A stretch of DNA of 64,000 nt from Schmidtea polychroa (taxonomy: Eukaryota): contig CM097885.1 in the NCBI GenBank assembly GCA_044892525.1, positions 67,580,001 to 67,644,000 on the forward strand, read 5' to 3'. Of this stretch, positions 49,565 to 58,826 are shown piece by piece; position 1 is the first letter of the stretch; every line of letters begins with the position of its first letter. The notes below the pieces were generated by a model. That model saw only the letters and a program-made list of their open reading frames with translations. It did not search any database and had not been told where the DNA came from. The position numbers and the translations under genes were made by a program.

Positions 49565-50620
49565 TTATACGAAGGTTTCCTCCTGTCCCACATAACCTTC
49601 ATCACTATCGACCGCTGGATGCAACTGTATCGCGATAGGGTCATAGGGTAGGTAATATTGGGGGATTTGAGCTCTCAATTCATTAACTTCGTCTCTTAGA
49701 GCTCGAGTGATATTCAGCTCTTCGTCGAGCAGATAAGTGAGATACCTTGTTTCTTCGTCTTTCGCCTCTACTTGTCTATCTAAGGCCTTGATTTTCTCGT
49801 CGCCCTTCCATCTTTCAATTTCTATTTCCAAGTTTTTGATATTTTCGGTATACATTTTCCTCTCGTTTTCTAATTTTCTGTTTTTTCCCGCTAGGACCAT
49901 GTTTCTTTGTTCTAACGATCCTTGTAATCCATTAAGGTCTCTTTTCATCTCTTCGACCTGATTTACTAATTCCACAACCCGTCCTGCTTGCTGGGTTATC
50001 ATCTCTTCCATTGCGGCATTCTCGTGCTCTCTTATGTCGCATTTTATTGCCAAATGTCGCTCAAACTCCATAGCCTTCATCTGCCATGTTTGGCTTCGGG
50101 CGGCGACCTTTTTCAACCGTTTCAGTTCTTCCTTTATTATTAAATTTTCCTCCCATTTGCCCTGTTCGCTCTCATATCCGAGTCTCATGGGCAATTCTTT
50201 CATCTCTTTTTTCATTTCATTGCTTTGTCTTTTCCATTTTCTCGCTTCTGCCACTAAGTGCATCATTTTCCTTCCTTCTATTTGCTTTTCCGCTTCGCGC
50301 TTGGTGTTCTCATCGGTAAGTCTCTTTCTCGCTTCCTGCACTAGCTGCTTTAAGTAGTGGCTGTGCGCTTCTTGGCGGGTATTTTCTAGTGACGCCCATT
50401 TTGATGCTCTTTTGCATGCTTCTGCTTCCGCTCTTAAGTTGTGTATTAACCATTGGTATTGACTATTCTCATCCTCTCTAGCTTCTTCGATGTGATTTCG
50501 GGTGCGATTAGTTAGTTGGAACATTACTTTGTTCCATTTTTTGTTATGTTCTCGGGGAATTTGTGTCTTGTTGACATTGGTTGGGGCTATCGCAGTTTCG
50601 GTTATTTCCTCTTGTGTCAT
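49565..50620 (-). CDS. Coiled-coil protein, 351 aa
   Basis: Long open frame with heptad-rich charged composition. Acceptor ATTTAG 2 nt before the ATG. Confidence 0.75.
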   Translation of the reverse strand: MTQEEITETAIAPTNVNKTQIPREHNKKWNKVMFQLTNRTRNHIEEAREDENSQYQWLIHNLRAEAEACKRASKWASLENTRQEAHSHYLKQLVQEARKRLTDENTKREAEKQIEGRKMMHLVAEARKWKRQSNEMKKEMKELPMRLGYESEQGKWEENLIIKEELKRLKKVAARSQTWQMKAMEFERHLAIKCDIREHENAAMEEMITQQAGRVVELVNQVEEMKRDLNGLQGSLEQRNMVLAGKNRKLENERKMYTENIKNLEIEIERWKGDEKIKALDRQVEAKDEETRYLTYLLDEELNITRALRDEVNELRAQIPQYYLPYDPIAIQLHPAVDSDEGYVGQEETFV

Positions 50621-50813
50621 CTCTAAATCATAGACATCGATTAATCTTTTTATTATGAAAAAGGAATTTATTCATTATTTACTGTTTCTTTGGAAATTTT
50701 CGCATCATTTTTGGGTTTTCGTATTTAGGGTTTTTCATACTATTATTATATAATATTTATTGGTTATATACACCGATATATACAGATTATTATATACAAC
50801 ATTATTCGATTGG

Positions 50814-51965
50814 TTACTCCGTTCTACCCTTCTCCTCTTTCCTCACGGTCATCTTGATATACACCGTGTCATTTCTTGCCATATCTTCTACTTTTTGTTG
50901 TAGGATGAACGTAGGTGCTCCTGTTGCTGATCCTTCTTCTTCCGTAGGTCTCTGGTAACACATTTGGTTTCCAGTTGTCTTGAAGCTTTGTTCGTGGGTG
51001 CTTCGGTCATTCATTAGTGCAATATCGATTTTTGCCTGGAACGGCCACTCTATTATTTCGTCGTATTCCCCTTTACATAACAGAAAGAAAATCGAAAAGT
51101 GCGTATCTAAGCCGGTTCCGTCCCCGTTGGGATATATCTTCATTTTCATTTTGTACCCATTTTTCCAAGAATGGAATGCAGGACTTGTTATTCTTGCCTC
51201 TTCTCCGGTTTTTGCTTTTCGTATTCTTTCTTTTACTCCCGTTATTTTCCATATGTAGGGTGCTGTTGGGGTTATCTCATTTAGATTTATTTCCCGTATT
51301 TTCTGATGTAGCTCCTTGGCCTGATTATTACTGATTTCTATTCGGTTTATTTGCATCTTTATGTTTGCTCGGGCTTCTTCGAACGCTTCCCTTTCTTCTA
51401 GTAGTTCTTTGACTAACACTTTCAACGATGTTAACTCTGCACATACTCTCTCCTCTTGGACATTGTGATGTTTGATGGTGAGATTTCTCCACGTATCTAT
51501 TTCTCCACAATGTTCACATCTTTCTAATCTCTCTTCACACTGCCTTTGATGCTCTTTTTCTTCGCTTGCTCGAATGGTTTTATGGCACCTTTCGCACTGG
51601 CCGATTCTGTACATACATTCTCCCATATGTTGTACTACCTTCCATATTACTCCTTTCCATTCGCATGGGGCATTTTTGCATCCCAGGTTGGTGTTTAACA
51701 TGTCTTTCACTGCGGCTTTATCCTCGTTAGTGTCTTCTAAACTCGATATTAGTGTCTCTTTACACACCGGGCACCACTGTGGTCTATTCTTTATTGCTTC
51801 ACTGATACATTCTTTACATACTCTGCATCCACATTGAGTTTGGTGAGGTTCCTTTAACAACTTTTCACATATTCCGCACATAACATGTTTGTGTATTCTG
51901 ATCGTTGTAGATTTTCGGACTTGCTCGACAATCTCTCTGAACTCTTCTCTTTGTCGTTTATCCAT
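50814..51965 (-). CDS. TRAF-family protein (RING, TRAF-type zinc fingers, coiled coil, MATH), intronless, element-borne
   Basis: RING CGICEKLLKEPHQTQCGCRVCKEC...CPVC. CKNAPCEWKG..HMGEC zinc fingers. MATH motifs YIWKITG, SPAF...GYKM..IYPNGDG..THFSIFF.LCKGEYD..EWPF. Confidence 0.92.
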   Translation of the reverse strand: MDKRQREEFREIVEQVRKSTTIRIHKHVMCGICEKLLKEPHQTQCGCRVCKECISEAIKNRPQWCPVCKETLISSLEDTNEDKAAVKDMLNTNLGCKNAPCEWKGVIWKVVQHMGECMYRIGQCERCHKTIRASEEKEHQRQCEERLERCEHCGEIDTWRNLTIKHHNVQEERVCAELTSLKVLVKELLEEREAFEEARANIKMQINRIEISNNQAKELHQKIREINLNEITPTAPYIWKITGVKERIRKAKTGEEARITSPAFHSWKNGYKMKMKIYPNGDGTGLDTHFSIFFLLCKGEYDEIIEWPFQAKIDIALMNDRSTHEQSFKTTGNQMCYQRPTEEEGSATGAPTFILQQKVEDMARNDTVYIKMTVRKEEKGRTE

Positions 51966-52050
51966 TCTATAATTATATGTACATATAGTTCTTGTCGATA
52001 CAGGTTCGATATTTTATTTACAATTATTTACATTTTAAGCTAGGTTGGGT

Positions 52051-52410
52051 TTAGGGTTCGGAAGAGTCGGTTTCGTGTCCGCTCTCCTCTCTATTCATTA
52101 GCCATTCCGACCAGTCTTCTATTTCTGTCTGTTCTGCTTCCTCCATTATTCTGTCTAGTTCAATTTCCTGTCTACGGCTATATTGGGTTATCCTCTCTAT
52201 CTCTCTTTGCATTTGTTCGATTTTCAACCTCTGGTCTTCAATTATCTTCAAATAACTAAATCCTCTATTCATACTCTCGATTAGGTTTCTGTGCATCGTC
52301 AATCCTTGTTCTTGCAGATTGGACACTAATTGTGCTAATACGGCACATTGTTGCTTCCATAATTCTTCAGTTACTGTATTGTGGTTCATTTCGTTATTTC
52401 CTTGATTCAT
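52051..52410 (-). CDS. Small coiled-coil/acidic protein
   Basis: Open frame. First ATG at 52410, 1 nt after an AAG acceptor-like site. Confidence 0.6.
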   Translation of the reverse strand: MNQGNNEMNHNTVTEELWKQQCAVLAQLVSNLQEQGLTMHRNLIESMNRGFSYLKIIEDQRLKIEQMQREIERITQYSRRQEIELDRIMEEAEQTEIEDWSEWLMNREESGHETDSSEP

Positions 52411-52570
52411 TCTTAATTTATATACACTTTTCAACTCTTATTTAAATTTAATTTTATTTTATGATTCCCGTTATTGTATAATATTGATACCGCGCTTGTA
52501 TAAAGATATAGTACTGTTATATACATAAGATATACTTACTTTTTACAATTATATACAGTCATATTCCTTT

Positions 52571-55500
52571 CTATATACGTGAGTTTGGAGGGCGCGGAGC
52601 GTTCCAGGCCTCCACCCACTGTTCTTGTTTGATATCACTTGGTCGTTTCACTCGATGTTGGAAATTTCTGATTCGGGTCATCTCTAGCTCTCCGCGATGT
52701 CGTTTATCTTTAATTATTTTTATTGTTCCCCCCGTTATGATTAGGAAGGCCCCTGTTATTATTATCCCACTGATCCACATCATCTGCTTCACGCTTATAC
52801 TCTCTGGTTTTTCCTTGTTCGTTAATGTTACTATTGCTTCTGTACTTTTCTCGTTCCCTCTTTTGCCATTCCCTTTCATCATCTCTCGTATTCTTGCTAT
52901 TTCCTCGTTCATACCCTCCTTTGCCATCTTTTGTATTTTTTCCATCTCTTCCTCCGAAACATAGTTGTCCTGAGCTTCCTCGCCGGTTTTCTTGTGCTTT
53001 CCTCCTTCGTCCTTTTCGTCGTGGTTTTTTCTTTTCTTTCCTCTTTTCCCCGGGTATCGTCGGCATTCTCTTTTTGATTCGTTCCTCCAGATACAAACCG
53101 TGTATTCTTTCGGCGGCTGCTGCTGCGTCACATATTGATGGCATCTCTCACCTGGTCCTAATCTTGAAATACAGACTTTGCGCTCTTTTCTAGGTTGGAG
53201 CTGCGTTATTACTACTTCACCACCTTTTCCTAGGTGTACCTCTTTTCCTTTAACGTTCGTTATTCTCTTCCCGTCCCGATTTCGGTATGCTTCTTGTATT
53301 CTTACTTCTGTTATTGGTTCCGTGTCCTCATTTATCAGTACTAGTTTCTGATACGTTCTAGACATGCATCTTCCTAGTATGCACCTTTCCTTTAAGTCCC
53401 ATTCTTCCTTTAAATCCCACTGCTGCTCTTGTGCTTGCTTTTTCTTTTCTTGTTTTAGTTCATTCTCTTTGCTATCTTGATTCTCCGCTTCTTTGGTTTC
53501 TTTTATCGTTCTCGTTCCTCCATGAGCTGTTACTAACTCTATCATGGTAAGCATAATTATCATTAATATCATATTTGTCTCTATTTCTTTGTTAGTGAAA
53601 GGTAGGCATACCCTCTGTTTTCCATTATTCGGTTTTTCCTCCTCTTTGGTCTTGGTTCCCGGGCTGTTTCCCTCTCTTTCCGTATCCAAATCCTTGTTTT
53701 CCGGTTTATCCTCTTCCGGTTCTCTTTTCCCTTTATCCTCTTTTCGGCCTTTTCCGTCATTGTCATCGTGTTTATCTCCCCCGCTGTCGTTTAAAATGTC
53801 GTCCTCGACATTTATATCGTTCAATAATCTGCGATATGCTGTTAGCACTCTGTTTCTTGCTAATTTTGCTTCGAATTCAAACTCTTTTCTACCCGTTGCA
53901 GCATGTCTCTTTCTATTCCATTCTTTGACTAACTCTCTCAATTGAATACGACGATGTTTTCCAACTCGTTGTTGCTCGTTCTGATTTTGCGTGAATTTGA
54001 GGTCTTCTCTGTTTAATACTATTAAAATAATTTTTGGTGTCCCCCCTTTAGTTAATGTATTCTTTACCATCGCGTTTTCTCCGTTTTCGTAAAATTCGTT
54101 TATATTTATCGCATATTTATTATTTTGTGGTACTCTCCATGTCAATAATAATTTCATTGCTTCTAGATTTTTCCGTACCGTATTCCATTGAAACTGAGAT
54201 GTGTTTTTGCACATATTTTCAACTTCTTCTTTTGTCGCATTTTTGCAAATAAATCTGATCATTTCCAAGTTTTGCTGTATGGTTGCCCAGTCCAATGTGG
54301 AGTTCCCTTCGTTTGATTTTTCGTCTAGTCTCGATCCTGATTGATGTAGGATGTGGAGTGTTTTTGGGTGTATTTTCGTTATAGCTGCATACATCATGGC
54401 GGTTTCGCCTTGTTCATTTTTCGTGTTGGTTTCCTCGCCCATCTCCCCAAGGATTCTCATGATCGTTATTGCTCGATTCTCTTTTGCAGCTAGTATTGCT
54501 TGTTGTAGAGGTGTTCTGGAATCCTTTGTTACCATCGTAAATGCTCGAGGCAAGAAGGTTTTGATTTTCCCGATATCTAAGCCCGTGGTTTGATCTCTTG
54601 CGTATGTGTGTACGGCTTTTATTATTTTTGACAATATTATTTCGTCTGACAGCTCTAGCATTTCCTCGAAGAATACTTCTTTTGCTTTGCGTATTATTGC
54701 CTCTTGATCTATACTCATTGATTTGGTTTCGATGACGTTGTTTGTGACCGTTTGGTTCGTTGTCGACTTTGGTTCCCTTGATTTCCCATACCTTATATTC
54801 GTTTTCTTTCCGTTTGGATTATTGATTCGTTCCTCTGCTGTAAGTATTTGGATAATATCCAGGTAATTCTCGCGGATGTTATTCATTGTGTCCATCATAT
54901 ATAACACACTTACCGTTTCCCAATATTTATTTCGTACTTGGTTAGTAAATTGGAATAGTGATTTTTCGAATGTGTCGATTCGCTTTTTTGCTAACTGTTC
55001 ATCTTTATGATTTGTGAATTTTATCCCTCGTTCTAGTAATTGATTCGGGATTTCGAATAAATGATGTCCTTTCATAGCTTCTCTCATCAGCGTGTTCTCT
55101 CCTCTCGTGAACGCTTCGTTTACGTTGATCATATAATCATTTTTAATTGGATTTCTCCATGTAATTAATATTCCGGCAATTGTTGTCAGTTTTTCTTTGA
55201 TCGCTGTTAACAATCCATCATACATGTTTCCGACTTCTCGATTGTCCTCATATGATAGTAGTTCCATCAATGACGTGAACGCTTCGGTACGTTTCCCTTC
55301 GATAGCATGATGTAGTGCGTTTTTCCGATCGTGGTCTTGTGTGGTTATTTTGGATCCTGTATCAAGTAACGCGGTTATTATGTCTTTTGTTTTGCCTCTG
55401 TTTGCTGCTATCATTAATGGTGTGTAACCTTGGTTATTTTCTTGTTCTGTTGATCTCTTGCAGTCGTGAAATGCTTCTATTGTTTCTAGTATTTGCTCGT

Positions 55501-56323
55501 TGTTACCTACTTTCATGAGTTTGTGTAATGGTGTGTCTCCGTAATGATCTGTTATTGTAAATAATATTGGCCATTGGCTTTTGACTACTCGCAATAATGG
55601 GTGTGTTCTCTCTCTGTTTGCATAATTTTCGATCATCGTCAATAATCCTCCTAATATTTCGAAATCTAATCGATCTTTTGCCCATCCGGGTAATTTTATC
55701 TTTACCTCTCGTACGATTTTTTCCGCTTCCGATGGTTGTATGCCCAATCGTCCAGTGATAGGTTCTGCGAGTTGTTGCATCATGTTCATTCTGTATGTTT
55801 GCGAACGTGTGGTTAATGTTCGACCTTCCGGTTGACTGGTGGCGGTTTTTGGAATTGATTTACATCGTGCCACGTTTACGTATATTGGCCTGGTGAATGG
55901 ATTATTTACCAATTTCACTCTTACATTGGTTTCGCCTACAAATAGAATCTCATATGGTCCTTTTCCGTTGCGTTGTAACTTTTTTGTGGTTCCTGGAATT
56001 AATTCCGGGGTTTCTATCATTACCCAATCACCTGTTTGAAACGTATGTTGCTTCACGTTTTTCTTTCGATCGTGTAAATCTTTATAACTTTCCTGGTAGA
56101 ACTTGATATTTAATCCCGCAGTTTCCCAAATTTCTTGCATTCTTTCCTTGAATTTCGTAACATAATCGTCGATCTCCATATACTGCGATATCGGTGGTTG
56201 GTATTCCAGGTCCATTGGCATGTTGCACTCTCTTCCGTACATTAATTCAATGGGCTCATTTTCGTTGATGCGTGAATCGACATTCTGTACGCCATAAGAC
56301 ATAGGTTTATATATTCGTCCCAA
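52571..56323 (-). CDS. Integrase C-terminus (GPY/F) + two ankyrin-repeat blocks + Cys-containing type I membrane module
   Basis: ELMYGRECNMP and GPYEIL (IN tail). Ankyrin repeats GDTPLH, GYTPLMIAA, KNALHHA, SRTPLQQA, GETAMMYAA, GNSTLDWA. Internal signal-like MILMIIMLTMIELVTA (ATG 53572). C-terminal TM MWISGIIITGAFLIITGG. Confidence 0.85.
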   Translation of the reverse strand: MGRIYKPMSYGVQNVDSRINENEPIELMYGRECNMPMDLEYQPPISQYMEIDDYVTKFKERMQEIWETAGLNIKFYQESYKDLHDRKKNVKQHTFQTGDWVMIETPELIPGTTKKLQRNGKGPYEILFVGETNVRVKLVNNPFTRPIYVNVARCKSIPKTATSQPEGRTLTTRSQTYRMNMMQQLAEPITGRLGIQPSEAEKIVREVKIKLPGWAKDRLDFEILGGLLTMIENYANRERTHPLLRVVKSQWPILFTITDHYGDTPLHKLMKVGNNEQILETIEAFHDCKRSTEQENNQGYTPLMIAANRGKTKDIITALLDTGSKITTQDHDRKNALHHAIEGKRTEAFTSLMELLSYEDNREVGNMYDGLLTAIKEKLTTIAGILITWRNPIKNDYMINVNEAFTRGENTLMREAMKGHHLFEIPNQLLERGIKFTNHKDEQLAKKRIDTFEKSLFQFTNQVRNKYWETVSVLYMMDTMNNIRENYLDIIQILTAEERINNPNGKKTNIRYGKSREPKSTTNQTVTNNVIETKSMSIDQEAIIRKAKEVFFEEMLELSDEIILSKIIKAVHTYARDQTTGLDIGKIKTFLPRAFTMVTKDSRTPLQQAILAAKENRAITIMRILGEMGEETNTKNEQGETAMMYAAITKIHPKTLHILHQSGSRLDEKSNEGNSTLDWATIQQNLEMIRFICKNATKEEVENMCKNTSQFQWNTVRKNLEAMKLLLTWRVPQNNKYAININEFYENGENAMVKNTLTKGGTPKIILIVLNREDLKFTQNQNEQQRVGKHRRIQLRELVKEWNRKRHAATGRKEFEFEAKLARNRVLTAYRRLLNDINVEDDILNDSGGDKHDDNDGKGRKEDKGKREPEEDKPENKDLDTEREGNSPGTKTKEEEKPNNGKQRVCLPFTNKEIETNMILMIIMLTMIELVTAHGGTRTIKETKEAENQDSKENELKQEKKKQAQEQQWDLKEEWDLKERCILGRCMSRTYQKLVLINEDTEPITEVRIQEAYRNRDGKRITNVKGKEVHLGKGGEVVITQLQPRKERKVCISRLGPGERCHQYVTQQQPPKEYTVCIWRNESKRECRRYPGKRGKKRKNHDEKDEGGKHKKTGEEAQDNYVSEEEMEKIQKMAKEGMNEEIARIREMMKGNGKRGNEKSTEAIVTLTNKEKPESISVKQMMWISGIIITGAFLIITGGTIKIIKDKRHRGELEMTRIRNFQHRVKRPSDIKQEQWVEAWNAPRPPNSRI

Positions 56324-58826
56324 TCTCGTTGGTGACGATCAACGTAGTTTGATAGCATTTGTATAAGTGTTCCATTAAATCTTTCCGTCATCCCATTGGT
56401 TTGAGGGTGATATGGAGATGTTCTTAGTTTTGCGATTTTGAAATAGTTCGTTACTTCGCTCATTATCTCACTCATAAAATTAGTTCCCTGATCGGTTAAG
56501 ATTTGTTTTGGTGTTCCATATCGGCAACATATCTCTTCTACCAAAATTTTTGCGATTGTTTTAGCTTTTTGGTCTGGCATCGCGAATGCTTCTGGAAATT
56601 TCGTAAGAAAGTCTGTAATGACTAAAATATAAACGTTTCCTCTATCCGATTCCGGTAATGGACCAACTACGTCCATTGATATCATTGTCATCGGCTCTAT
56701 TGGTACCGGCATTGGCGTCAAAGGTGCTTTCCATTTCGATCCAGTGTTTTTCCTCGTTGCACAGGTTAGGCAGTTTTTCACCCATTCGGTTACGTCTTCC
56801 GTTAGGGTTGGCCAAAAATATTTCTGTTTCATTCTTGCTAACGTCTTTTTCGATGACATATGTCCTCCCAATCTCCCATCGTGATATTGCGTTAGTAACT
56901 CTTTTCGTCGGTTTTCCGGTATACACATTAACCGTTTTTCCCCATCCATTATCAGCAACCAATCTTTCTCTATAATATATCGGTGTCGGTGTTTATCCAT
57001 ATGTTCTTTTAATTTTTGGTCTTTCGCATATACCTCCGTCTTTCCGGTTTTTACATAATCGATAATCCGTTTCAGTTCTGCGTCTTCTTGTTGGTCCTTT
57101 CGCAATTGACAGAAATCTAGGTCTTCTGCTACCATTAGGCATATGCGTTGCATTTCTGGATCTACCAAATCTGGAAAAATAAATCTTGACATACAATCGG
57201 CGTTGGCATTTGCTCTTCCCGCTTTGAATTTTATAAATGGGGAGTATTCTTGCAATTGCATGGCCCATCTCATCAGTCTACTGGACGCTTCTTTATGTTG
57301 CCCTAACCACACTAATGGTTGATGATCTGTGGTTATGCATATCTCATGTCCCCATAGTAAATATCGGAAGTGTTTGATAGCTTGTATTATAGCCAATGCT
57401 TCTCGTTCTGTTACCGAATAGTTCTTTTCGTGCTTTTTGAATGTTCGACTGTAATATCCGATTACTCTCTCTTTTCCTTCATCGTCTAATTGTCCCAGAA
57501 TCGCGCCTGCCGCGTACCCGCTTGCATCCGTTGCCAATAGAAATGGCTTCTTAAAATCTGGGTGTACGAGGATAGGTGCTTCGATTAGTTTATCTCTCAG
57601 CGTTTCAAACGCCTCTTGTTGTTCCTTCCCCCAAATGAACGAAATGTCCTTCTTTACTAATTCCTGGATTGGTTTTGCAATTCCTGCATAATTTTTGATA
57701 AATTTACGATAGTATCCGCATAATCCTAGAAATTCCTGAACTTGGGTGACAGTTTTCGGTGCTGGACATGTTTTTATTTTCTCAATGTTTCTTGGATCCG
57801 GCTCCTTTCCTTTAGCTGACACTATGTGTCCCAAAAACGTGACTTTTTCCTTTGCCCAATCGCATTTTGATGGTTTGAGTTTGAGTTTCCACTGTCTTAA
57901 TCTAATAAATACGTTTCGGATATCTTCCAGATGTTGTTCAAATGTCGCTGAATAGATTAGTAAATCATCAATATATACCATACATTGTTTGATTCCATGA
58001 GTGACGAAGTTCATATACCTTTGAAATGATGCTGGTGCGTTGGTCAGTCCGAATGGCATTTTTCTGAACTGATATAGATCTCGTCCCAGCGTGAAAGCTG
58101 TTTTCTCTTTGTCCTCATCTTTGACTTTAATCTGCCAGTATCCACTTTTTAGATCTAAAGAAGTAAAATATGCTGCCCCTTGCAACATCAATAACATCTC
58201 ATTGATGTCCGGCAATGAATAGGTATCTCTCTTGGTTACTGCGTTTAACTTCCGATAATCGATACAGAATCGTTGCGAGCCGTCTTTCTTTTTTACCATG
58301 ACCACTGGGAATTGCCAAGGTGAGCAACTCGGTTCGATTACTTTTGCGTCTAGCATCTTTTGTACTTCTGCTTCGGCTATTTCTTTTTGCATTTCTGCTA
58401 GCTTGTATGGTCTTAATGCAATTGGAGTTTCATCTATTAGGGGTATTGCATGTAGGGTAACATCGCATGTACCCAAATCTAAATCTGAGATGGCGAATAT
58501 ATCTTTATATTCTACCAACAATCGGTGCAATTTTTTCTTTTCATCATTCGTCAACAACATACTATCTATTGTCCATAATTCATCATCTTTGATCATCTCG
58601 TTGGTCACTTTCGGTAATTCTATGTCCATCAATGGGGTCAATCTTCCCAATTTTTCGTTCTCATAAATGATTTTGTCTTCCTCTTCGAAATTCGTGATGT
58701 TGAGCGGTATCACTCCTTCTTGGTTTATTGTGATTATTTCCCTTGCGAGTGGTAACTCTCGTCGCTTTTCGAATGACTTGCTTGGTTCAAAGATAGCTTC
58801 TCCTTCCATACCCGTATTTGATATGA
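56242..58826 (-). CDS. Ty3/Gypsy pol: RT, RNase H, integrase (HHCC + DDE)
   Basis: RFCIDYRKLN, LDLKSGYWQI, MPFGLTNAPASFQR, YIDD, LATDASG..GAIL, YSVTERE.LA, TDHQPL, HDGRLGGH..CLTC, SMDVVGPLP, TDQGTNF, GMTERFN. The N-terminal ~40 aa of the ORF-track ORF come from the neighbouring element. Confidence 0.95.

Larger units (their letters stand above)
47763..58826 (-). mobile_element. Internal region of a giant Ty3/Gypsy-type element: pol plus accessory gene cassette; gag/protease/5' LTR missing
   Basis: Gypsy-order pol followed by co-oriented intronless ORFs with 40-190 bp AT-rich spacers and uniform purine-rich coding-strand composition. The 5' end is cut at the junction with the NeSL element. 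Confidence 0.8.
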
